Shown: positions 11,430-23,714 of the stretch, one piece after another
Position numbering within the stretch: the first letter of the stretch is position 1
How the letters are laid out: each line of letters opens with the position of its first letter
Assembly (NCBI GenBank): GCA_051362555.1
Contig: CM120641.1
Location: 4,774,001-4,838,000, forward strand
Source: Lingula anatina
Lineage: Eukaryota; Animalia; Brachiopoda
Direction: 5' to 3'
DNA: 64,000 bases
Notes under the pieces: generated by a model
Databases searched by the model: none
What the model saw: only the letters and a program-made list of their open reading frames with translations
What the model was told of the DNA's origin: nothing
Made by a program: the position numbers and the translations under genes

Positions 11430-14400
11430 CTTCGAAGCTGAAAATGATTTAAGAAGAAAATGAGTTAAATGCAAAAGAAGACTACATGATTAACATTACG
11501 ATTGATATTTGAAAATCTATTGTGTTGTCCATGCAAGCTTTTTAAAAATATTTCACAAGATGTGGCAATTCAAAGCATAGGTCTTTATTTAAAGAAAATA
11601 ACTTATTTCAAACACTATAAAAAATAAATGAGATAAAAAATTTAGCTCGTAAACAAGTGACTTTATATAATGCATCCCACAATTTTCACCTTTAGTAAAA
11701 TCACATTTTTCAATACTACATTACTAAATACGACGATAACGCTAAAATGTGAAGAACGTGTGTAACATTTTTCATTTACTTTCATTTATTATTATTTTTT
11801 AAATTTATTTTTATTTATTATTATCATTATAATTTTTTATTTATTTTTATTTATTTATTTAATTTTTTTGCTACCTATTATAGCAAAACCGGTCGATGTG
11901 GTTTTATCTCCTCCTTGCGGGGTAAAGCTGGCGGGAATTTGATTTCATTTTTTTAAATAAAGTTTCATGATAAACAAAACATCCTTCTTCAGAAGGTTTT
12001 AAGAACTGACCAATGCAAGTGATATAAATTATTTGTATTTATGCATTATTTGTATTAATGATATTTATTTTAAAATATCTAATTTTAAGTACCAAATGCG
12101 CAATTGAATACGTTTAATAAAGAACTCACTGCAATTTAACTGTAATTATTTTTATTCGAACGCTGTCAGTTGCTACGACATAACTAAATTACACTTAAAC
12201 TAATCATTCCCATCTATAACAGAAGATTTCCCAGGCAGCTCCTGTATTTATCTACAGGTCACGTTGCTAGGTAAAAAAGCTATCTATTTGAGATTACTTT
12301 TAGTTTTCGCAATCAACTGAAAAAATGCCATTATTCTTTTAAAATGTACAAATACAATTATTTTAAACTGTCGCAATAACTAGGCACAGAATGGTGTTTA
12401 AATAGATATTTTGATATGGAAATTCGAAAACTCTTCTTTCGGGTGATTAGGCAATCTTTTTAAAGGGACCTTAGTATGATAACTCAATTGGTTCAACAAA
12501 CTAAAAGCAAAATCATTTCGTTTGTCTATTAAAAATATTTTATATAGGTTGGTCTGTTATTGTATACACCCAAATCTATGACTTTCAAACAAAGAACATC
12601 GAATTCGGATTGATATGACAACTTCTGAACACTTAATTAGCACGCTCAGGGCACTGGCATCAAAACATGGATCTCATCCTATCAAACTTGACGGTTCGTG
12701 TGCTCATTCATTTTACTTAACGCTATCTTTAAATTCTGCCAGCAAAAATAACTCACTTGATACCAATTTGCAGACAAACTTACCAAGGATTCAACTTTGT
12801 TAAGTATGTTCAAGCGTGTTAACCTATCAAATGCCCTGTTTTAAGGATTAGAGACTAGATCGCAGCCGAGCTTTATGTTTTGGTATAATGATAATTCCTT
12901 TGTTGTTGAATGAATTTTATTACCTGATCTAACAAATAAGGCATATAATCTTACGGTTGCTTTAAGTAACGATTATTTCTCACTAACATCAGCTTTCAAC
13001 ATCAGTATTCCCTTACAGGTAGCTCAAATATTTGCTCGGGTAAACTTCCAAGTGTACCTGCCATTAGGACAAACTCGCATTGTCTTTCACACATGATCGT
13101 GCAAACATTCTCATTACAAATCATTAAATTTATCTGCAATCTTCTTAAAGGCGCCCGTGTGCACCAATGTTTGGAGGCCTTGAGATCAACAGGCTGTCAA
13201 CACTTGTCTAGCTGCGCCCAGAGTTAATCAATTGCACGGTGAGAACGCTCTTCACTTCTCTGGATTATAATTCACCACTCGCTGATAGTGAAGAATTAGA
13301 TGCGCAATCACATTCGTATCTGACTTGTAGTTAAATTCGTATGAATAAATGTTCTTAGCGTTTAGTTTTAAAAAATGAAAATTAATCTAGATTAAGGTAA
13401 AACGTTATAGTTAAGTAATAGCAATTTCCCGTGTCACGGAAGACAAAATGTTCATGTGTCAAGGGTGAAGATTAAGTCTTTTTCAAAATATGTTAGGTAT
13501 TCAATCATTCATTAAGTTCAGCGAAATTTCTCCGTTGCTTCATTGATAAGATTATTTTTAGAATTAAAGGCACCAAAGCTGTAATTTTTCTGTTTTTTTT
13601 TTTAATTATATTTTTGAGATAATTTTTCTTATTTTTAACTTTTTGAAAATGCGTTGAATGGCACATTTTAACCTTCTTTGGTTTTCTTGTTTATATGATA
13701 TTTAAAAAACAAAGAATGACATCAAATGCAGACATATGAGCAAATATAGCTGTAGATGAGTTTTACTAAATACAATTTATAGAGAGAAAAAATGGAACAG
13801 TGGAATCTATTCTTAAAATTATGCGCAGACTTTAAATTCCCTTGTTCTATATGGCAGCTTGTAGTTCAAAAATGCAAATATGATTAGATCGTTTTAAAAC
13901 AAACTGTCTTTAACTGCTTGGTAATCAAAATTTCGTCGTAAAATTCCTTGAAATATTATCCATTAAAACGTTTACTATGCCTTTATGTACAGCAGTGCAT
14001 AAAATAATTAGCAGAAACTTTGACTAAAATTCATAGTCATTTTGTAGGTCACTTTGTTTTTTCACCATAAATCCTCAGACTACAAACGAGATAACAGAAA
14101 AGGTTAAATTTTCGAAATTTTTTCGCCTTTTTCTTGTTTTCCCCCATAAAAACGTCCAACTTGATCTTTGGTCTCATCACGTAGAAACAGTTAATCCAAA
14201 ATTGATGAAATGATGATTGTTTCCAATAGTTCACAAACTTTGGCATCATAAAGAAAACAAAATCAATATCTATTTCCTAAAATTACTTTATCAAATTCCG
14301 AGAAAATTATTAATTTGTTTAAGACATCAAACCATTTTTGTCATGCGAAAACAACATAGAAAATGTTAAGGGAACTATATTCTCTCTCTATCTCTACCTC

Positions 14401-17283
14401 TCTCTCTCCACGCACGACGCTAATGGACCTCACGGTTAAGCGTTAAAGGTACGCTTTAATGAAGGCAGGGGACTATCGCACGGTGCGTGTCACTTGTCTG
14501 TTGGCTTGAATAATATCCCTCCAGACTTAGGTGAGCTTAAGCTACTCAAAGTACACGTATTTACAAATTTAGTGTTTGTACTCCGCTCTGTTTAAACGCA
14601 ATTTTCCCAAAAGCTTGTCAATCAATCCCTTCAAATCCCATTTGCGGGGATTGGATTCGTGTTAAACTCTCTGATCCTATGATTAGAGGAATTTAAGATT
14701 ATTCAATGAGAAGTGTATACATAGCCCTACCTTAACGCTGGTAGGAGTGGGGTGGTGACAGAAACGCTTCCGATGATAAGGGGTGGTCAGACCAGAACGA
14801 CATACATGAATGCAGATGACGATGTCGCGGAAAATTCGCAGAAAAATATCATATATCTTCTTTTTAATATCTTCCTTTTAACCAACCCAAAGAACCATTA
14901 GGTACTCTCACAAAATAAAGGTAAAATGTACATTAGTCTGCGTTCTCATGAACATCTTACGCCTTATTATCCAAATGGTCAATCACAACTCCTTTTAGCC
15001 ATTTCAACTTTTTTCTTTTTTTTCTACCATCAGAAAATATCTTTACATTGAAATATTTCCGTTGGATTTAATCTAATCTATGTCTATTTTTATTTTGATA
15101 ACTTCATCAATTATCAAAGACTTCATGATCTGCAAAGATTGAATTTAAAAGAGAAATAAATTAAGGTTCATGTCCTTAACATAGGCATTAATGAAGTTCA
15201 TTTGAACACTGGCTGAAAGCTGTCCCTTTGCAAAGTAAGTCCCACGAATAGACGGATTATAAGTTCTTGCTTCATTAGAATTCTTTTCTAAATGCCATCC
15301 TTATTAAACCTAAGTTTCTGAACTGCACACCTGTATAAGCGAGCTAAAAGGGGAGAACCTCAATGCACTGCCATTACAGTGTATTATCTTTGAAAACAAC
15401 ATAACATTAGAGGCCAGAGGAAATATTTCCCCCATCCTTTAATCCGTTGTCAATCAAACAGTTCACTTTTAACCGTAATTCATGTTGCTGAAAGGAAAGT
15501 GTCTTAATTACCGTGAGTACTTTAATACGAGGTAAGAGAGGACACGATTCAGCCGTAGGAGATTGATTTTAACGGGAACACGCCGTAAGCAAAAACAAAT
15601 AGTAGAAAAGCAACAGAAAAGGATAAATCTAGCAGAAGACATGACTATTTACAATATTGATGCTAAAATGTCTTCACTACTGGGGTAAATTTGAGAAAAG
15701 TGAAACAAGAAATGTGACAAACGGTCAAAAAATTTGACTACTTATCAAATTAAAAGATAATTAAATAAATCAATTAATTAATAAAATAAAGCGGTGATAG
15801 ACGAGATATACTGCCGGGCGTACTTTAACTTGAAATACTCCCAACGATTTTAAAACTCTATTTGGGAGCGTCTATTAAGAATACCTACACCCGCTTTTCG
15901 CACGTTCTCGGGTTAGGTTCCTGCTCCGGGCGTCTTGTTATAGTGGTTTTCCTTCAATTACTCAAACCCCTGGGTAAACCAAGTGTTACACGGCTGCAGG
16001 TGTGTTTACCAACTTAGTTGAATAAGCAAGAGCTGTTTGTAATCCGCGTATTACTTGTCAATGGAGTGGATTAAAAAATAACTAAATATTTTACCTGGCT
16101 TTTACATGCTCAGTGTACACATTGAAGCTATAGCACGGGAAAGTGTCCACAAAATCCACAACATCGTCCTGCTTTTCATTGTTTCCTAATGGGAGCTATT
16201 GAAAACTGCCCCACCTTAAGGGGTTTAATATCATTAAGCACTCTTAACTCTTTTGAACAAGTACAATAAGGGGGGATTATTAGCACGGTAAATTAGCAGT
16301 TGACACTTCAGAAGAAAAATGCCACCTGCAATTACAAAATAATTCGAGAAGCTGACAGGAAGTGCTGACGTCCACCCGTATCTGTGTGTAACTGTGCCCC
16401 AGGTTTCACACCAAAATAGCTTGATGGGCAAACAGTGTCATATGCTTATTGATGCTGCAGTGTAAACGACGAAAAGAACAGAGCAGTGTTTTGCACTACG
16501 GTTGTTTGAGGAAGGGTGGTGCTTTTTTAACATTATTTCAGGGACAAAAATGAAACTGAAGCCTCTACTTTAATGTGGCGATAAGGGCGGCAGACGAAAA
16601 TGCAATGAACTGTCAATTGGTAAAATGCATCTTGTTACACCTGGATCAGTATAAAAATTATACTTCAGCGACAGTTGTAATAATTTTTGATGTGTTAATT
16701 CCCGCTTTGCTGAATCCCCTGATTTTTTCAGATTTGCATCAAACTATCTGGCACTTAAACAGAAACTTAAATCGAGTTTAAGATCAATTTTCCGGGCAAT
16801 TTTTGCAGAAATCTGTTATTTTTCATATTCAAAAATGTAAATGGATGTAACACAGCGATTTATATTTTAAAAGCATAGTGCATAAAGTTTTTTTAATTTA
16901 CGCAAACGCCTCAAATAATTACTATCAATTATTTTAACATTGAGCAAATAATTTAAACCTTTTTTAAAACATCCCCTCATTCCTTTGGTGATAAGTTTTT
17001 ATTTAAAGCTACACTCCTATCCACATGTTGATTTCTAAAACAGGCAAACTACTGTAGCGGTCATTGCGTAATTCTAGAAAAATCATCTTATACCAGTCCA
17101 TCAAAAACAAATGGATTAAATCAAAGACAGTGTACTTTAATAATTTATATATTTTAATATTTAAAAATCCACGAAGTAATATTAGATTTTAGATTTCCTA
17201 TATCAAGAATCAATTCAACTTAAACAACAAACAGATGATGATTCTACTTTGCAGAAGATCCTATCAGATATTACCAAACTTAC

Positions 17284-17520
17284 CTTCAATGTTCGTGCGC
17301 AGGTAATGACTCTGGATCGTCAACGGGGCACGTTTTCAGTCTGATCTCATTAAGTCGAATGTTTTATGATCTCATGCTGCTACCTAACACGTTTTTAATA
17401 GGTGTTAAGGTGTTAAAGGGGCGGGACATGCCACATTAAGGTGGCACTTCATAAACAGAGCCTCCCAACCAATCACGTGTGAGGACTATGAAGATTCCTT
17501 ATCCGGGATTATTCTCCACT
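17284..17520 (-). promoter_or_regulatory. Candidate non-coding first exon and promoter of Dmbx
   Basis: An acceptor lies 8 nt before the Dmbx ATG (ttttcag|11437), so an upstream exon is likely. Strong donor GAAG|GTAAGT at 17284/17283. GC box ~17417, CCAAT plus CACGTG ~17469-17479, and TTATCC-G-GGATTA at 17499-17511. Confidence 0.5.
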
Positions 17521-20500
17521 AATGGGTTTATCTTTACGTAAAGAAATATGGTGAAAGATCTACAAACCTAAATAGATTTAAGCGGGATTTTGTACGGTAT
17601 TATGCCGATAAACGCATAAATGATTCAGGTTGCATGAATTGGATTATCGGTGAAGACGACGGTAAATGTCGACCTGTTCGCATCCACTTCTCGCAGCAGC
17701 ATAGATTTGATGATTTGATAAGCAAATATGTTCCATTTGAGACCTATAAATTAATCACTCATAAGATACTTTGATTAATGTGTTGAATAATCACTCAGAT
17801 GATTGGTAGTATACTGCTTATCCTCCATGAACTTGAAAAGAGAAAAGTATTGACTTATAACTACCCTACCAACAACTAAGAATCATGCTCTCCAAAAAAT
17901 TTTTTTCTAAGTACTCTTAATGAGATTAACACAAAATTGTGTTTAATTTATTATTATTTATATATATTTATTTATTTATTTTGACGATGCCTCAGAAAAA
18001 AAGTAGCATGCGATGATAATGATTACAAAAAAACACAGCCCATTTATCCCAGCAGTATAAAGAGTGCTTTTTATAATAATTGTCCTAATTCTTGGTAACA
18101 ATAGTTTATACATGAAAATTAATTTTCTATAACCATAAATAGCATCATTCATTACCGGAAAAATACGACTGGCAGTCGTATCGGGTGGTCGTCAATCGTT
18201 CGTGCTATTCAAAATACAATGAATAGATGGTTCAACAAAGACCGGATGAGTAGCGTATAGGTTTGAGTGTCATAATATCAGTTCACAATTAAGGACGCAT
18301 TTAAAAACGAAGATGACAATTCAAAACGTGTATCGGTCGCGAGTTTTAAGCGCTAGATGTCACCTCGCATGATCTCTTCAGCGTTCAGGTGGCGCTATTA
18401 ACGCTGAGTGTAATTGGATGAATATTACCCGTAATATGGTGAATTCTCCAAACTGTTTGACTTCCTGTGTTCCACATACGAACGCTTTGGCTGATGAAGG
18501 TAGGGTGAGTTTGTGATACAACAAACTCCAACAAAGGCTCGGGTTAAATTCCCTCGCCTTTGGCCCTTTGTGGTGAATGTCGGAAGGGCCAACAGCGAAA
18601 GTGGAAATTCGAGAGTCTTTTGGCACATTGAGGATGGAAATCCAAGAATAGTGCTCACTTGGCTTTTCACACACTCTTTGAATAACGATACGTCACCCAT
18701 TACTCCGCTCTTTGGTTCTAGGCGGTGAGAACTAAAACCACAATACTATATAAAAACGGTTGAAGATCAATTATCATCAAAATGAATGTGGTATGGTCCA
18801 CTTTGCCACAGAAAATGTAAGACTGCCTACGGCATTGTGAATTTTTGCAAAGATGAATAACCGTTATTATTGACATATGCCGATTTCACATGAAAAGTAT
18901 ACGGGAATATAATATTCCCAAAAGATGTTTTCAGCATCTTTATTCCTCTTTTGTATTCTTTAAAATCCGATTCTTTTACATTTTTTTCGTCCAAATGAAA
19001 CTCAAAGCATACTTTTCCACTACTCTCGTTCAGAAAAAGGAAATATTTTTTTATCAATTGTAACAGGTTAATTTAAAACGATGCCTGTAATAACAATAAT
19101 AATAATAAATGTTCTAATAATTACGCTAAGGGAAAAACAAAAACACTTGTGCTGATGAATCAACGTATTGATCAAAGTACGCGTCTTTTTTTATTTCATG
19201 TTATACACCCACTTTTAGTCAAATAGATGAGAAACACGACAAGCAGTCGATGATGAAATGCTATCTTATTAAAGTGGATTCTCTCGATAGGAACTCCCAA
19301 TTACCATGAAAATAAAGTAACAGCCACCTCACAATATTAATTATTTATTACATATCTATTTCTTTATTTCAGTCAAAGTATTAAGATATCTGCATGACCA
19401 TGTACTGTGATGAAATCTTTACATAGAATCAGGTAAAACTTGAACTATTATGGCACAGTTGAGGTACATAAAGATAAGATAACAGTTGCCTTGTTTAAAA
19501 GTTCTCTAATTGTCTGGTGTAGCTAAAGGATCCTGTTTGAAGAAAAAGCTTTAGCCCGAAAATTGGTCTACACATAAAATATTGCCCCTGTGTTATAAGA
19601 AAAAAAATTACTAATGTTCCGGGCCAATAGGCCTACTTACTTAATTTCACTGGACAACTATGAATCAGTCTTGAACTGAAGTAGAAGAGCATTGTTGATT
19701 GAATTTTTGGACCAAATGTTCGGTCTAATAAAGCTCTTTTTGAAATGGATGTTGAAGAACATGTAACCTAATAAAACCCATTGGTCCAAGGTGTAACAGA
19801 GAGTCCGTCCTTCATTACACTTACATTCATACAGGTAGGGGTAAGCGTGACCTATAGGACTACTGACCCTCTATGCAAACGGTTTCAAAAAGTAACTTCA
19901 GTCCACGGTTAGGCTTAACTTCAGTTGAATCAATTGTAGTCCATTACAATAGTGAAAGTTTATAAAAAAACTATTTTTTTTACCGATAGTCACTTTATTT
20001 TATTAGACTTCAGTATATATACCCTAGTTGGAAAAGATCAGCATTTTCGGTCTTACGATTTAACTCTTTAGCTGAAGTTTTTATTTTGTGAACGGCCCCA
20101 GCAGGGTTATTTGTGACGTATACATCACGTAGGCGCCGGCGCTTCACTATACAGCGATGTTTTGGCTGAATAAATGTATGAAAATAATATATAAAAATTG
20201 GTCTTTGTTGACAGGAGGGAGGTGTAGGCCATATGATCAGTTATTCAATAAATCCTTTTGTTTTCAAATTTAAGACAGACAGTACATATCAGAAGGTAAA
20301 AGTCGCAATGGCTTTCTGTACCAAATAGGTAATCGCTTGTAGAAACCCTAAATAATGGTCCGACATTCGTTTCTTAGTAAAACTTGGGTGAAATCTTGTT
20401 GAAAATTTACAAAAAAAATAACATACTGACATCGCTCTTTACAATAACCTACAAATCTGAATAGTTATGTCTTAGGTTCTTAAATTATCAGCTAAACTCT

Positions 20501-20978
20501 TAAACTATCAGCTAAACTCTGCTGTTATGAAATTACACGCTTGACCTTATTAATGGATATTGGTCTTTTCTTTTTTGTAAGCATATAAAATGTGCGTATA
20601 GTATTTAATTGTTCTTGACAGCCACACATAGGCTTATATTATCATTTATGACTATCAAAAAATGTTCTGGCTACTTAAACAATACGAACCATTTATAGTT
20701 ATAGAAATACACAACATTAGCGACTGATATTTTTACTCACTTTAAAAGAAGTAATTGTACTAACAAATCTGATAACTCTGCACCTACACCATGTCTATTT
20801 GTAAATTATTAAGTATCATTACTCACGAAAATTGACCTGTCGTTTCGACCTTCCCTAAAACGTAGGCACTTACATAAGAAACCTCGTTCACCATTCTTGT
20901 AATTTGACAAATTTGAAATATAGATATTTACATTTCTTGTTCTCTCTCTCTTGATAAAAACATTGTCTGTAGTAACAT

Positions 20979-22442
20979 TTAGACATTACTGTTATTATTT
21001 AGCCAGTCCACAAGTGTCATTTCATGCTTCTCAATCCAGGCAATATTGCGTTTAATGCCCTCAATGGCTTGTTTACGCCCGCGCTCCCCTGCGCCGGCAT
21101 CTGGGTACTTAGCAAAAAATTCTTCTACCTGAAATAGAATATTCAATTAAGCATCCTCAGGTAGATCTAAATGTTGTAAAGAAGTTCAATTCAAAATTTA
21201 CCCTTTTGTAACCGATTACTCCCACCTACCAGGTCATACATGTAAGTTTTAGATATGGGTCTGTATTCTGTGCTGATTCTTTTACTACACAGAGTTCAAG
21301 AAACAAAGCTTTATTAGTATAAGTGAGAATTTTCTGGGAAATTTCGCTTAGCCAAAGTTAAAATTAAAAGGAGATAGATATAATAACATCACTATATATC
21401 GATGAAGCTCTACCTGTGCTAACTGGAATTTTGTATTGTAGTCGCCGACAATCCCTGGCACCATCCTCCCCAACGATCTGGACGACAAGCCGAATCTGGA
21501 AAAAAGGTTAAAAAAGTGCATTTCTGTGGTATTTACAAAACTTCAATATTGAAAATAAAATTATATATACTGTATAAACTAGTGTAACTGCAAACTGTGT
21601 GCTACTGGTGGAAAAGTCCAAATGAGAAATTAATTGACTCAATCGCACAACCTGCACCGATTACTATCCGCCTGTTCTTTGTATATGAATAAAATACGTC
21701 TTAAAAACTGCCTTCTCAGACTTAACATTTTTTCCCAATAAAATACCAAGAAAAACGTGACAGTACCTTGCAACAATGTCTTCCCAACGCTTCCGTACCC
21801 ACTCCCACGTTAAACTGTTCCCAATAGGCGTGCTGCTAATGTAGTTTATCACATTAAAGAAGTCCTGAGATCTTACTTTAGTTGGGTCCCAAGCATATTC
21901 CAAATATCTGTAAAATAGTAACACATGAATACATACAACATAACAAAGCAACTGAAAATACAACACCCATGTATTGTTTGTATCAAGTGAATACCGTCCA
22001 AAATTTCTATACTTGGGGTAAACTTTAATCTGTGCGGAAACTTTTCAACTTTACCCCTATATATTACATCTTTAAACAGCCTGCAGTAGCGCTGTGGTAT
22101 ACGCTATATGATACATTCTTAATATAATGTAAGTACGGGTTTGATATGAATAGGAATTTTTTTTAAAAAAGATCCCAAGTATTCCATAAACGGCCGATTT
22201 AGCGATTACGCTACCTGTTCAAGAGCCACAGTTCTTTGAACTGAGCCAGGGCGTAAAGCAGCCTTCGCGCCTCTTGCGGTACGTTCTCTTTTTCATATTT
22301 ATTCCATATTTTATCCCAGTCCTTCTGACCACTTCGGTAGGAACCGTACTTATACACCATAACTCGGAGGTTAGGATCCAGATATCTGGAGTTAATAACA
22401 CAATACGACAATTTGATGTGTGTTTGAGTGCCCGTGTCTTCC

Positions 22443-22485
<43 letters not shown>

Positions 22486-23669
22486 ATGACAAAGACAACA
22501 AAATTCTTAAATTAAACGTCTGTTGGCACGAAAACGAAGATTTTAGCGTAGTAGAATTTTCTACGTAATTCAACAAAGACAAAAGATAAGTGAAAGATGA
22601 TTTACGTACTCATCAGTATCCAGCCACCCTCGAAACTTTTCAGTGGCGTTTCCAAGACAGTCTGCGTCCCCATGCCCACAAGCTAGATTGATGACCGTGT
22701 TACGAAGATATCTGTTATATATAAGAGCAAATATATAATTTCTTATAGTAAAACAATTTGACTCTTTCAATTATGACCAAAAGGTTGTTGTTTCAGTTTC
22801 CTTGAGAAAGCATTTTATATCATTTATTGTTATGTTAGGAATTTTATCAAGTTTTAAAATCAAAAAATTCAAATTTTACACATTTCAAAAGCAAACAAGG
22901 CAGTGTCCGTGTGCTGTAAAATCCTTACTTGTCAAGATGGCTTCCTGTATCTTCCCAACCTAGCTGATCATGGACATTTTTCACCAGTTTTAGGATATAC
23001 GCCTAAAAATAGACCCTAAAATCATTATCGAGAATTCGTTTGCAATGCCTCTAATAAAACAGCATCAGAACAGGATTTTTCCCTCAAAGAAGGTGAATCC
23101 CAGCAACCAAAGTCTATTTAACACTCATCTTCTTAAATGATTCTCATCTTTTCATTACCTCTGTGCCAGTAAAAGAAAGTGCTCGCCTAGAAAAATGTAC
23201 CGGGATTTATAAATCTCAATTATTCAAAAAATAGCATTTTTTATACATAAATAAAACACATCAGCCGAATCGTTCTTGATTTTTTTCTTTAATACTTGCC
23301 ATCCATTTGCCATAATAGACCCTAAACTTCATCATGTCTCCTATGTACGTGAAACCCCGCTCTGCGCTGGCCCACGGCAGGTAGTCCTGTTCCCCCTGCA
23401 ATGCCTTGGTCAGCTCTAACACAATGTCGTAGTTCAGTAGACCAGCAGCCGCCAAGTTGAAAGAGTCATCTATGAGACCCGAACGATCACCGGCGGTCAG
23501 TGCCTTCATTTTTCAAATAATAGACATTTTAGAAAATTTTGGTGCTTTTTGTCGTATAGTAATCACAAGATATTGCGACAGTATTTCGTCAGACTTATCA
23601 CAATCAAAACCCGGCTACAGATACGCTGGGAATTTATTTAATTTTTTTTACTGAAAGTTTAAAAGAACG

Positions 23670-23714
<45 letters not shown>

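Noticed and set aside
18471-18610. Hammerhead ribozyme suggested by CTGATGA...GAAA
   Set aside because: Stem I does not form, stem III has a bulge at the cleavage site, and stem II would be ~100 nt
18690-18730. 7SK-like words GTCACCCATT...CTAGGCGG
   Set aside because: Paired GATC motifs and terminal stems of 7SK are absent
19790-20170. Octamer-like site and small GC-rich patch suggesting an snRNA gene
   Set aside because: No Sm site or recognisable snRNA sequence
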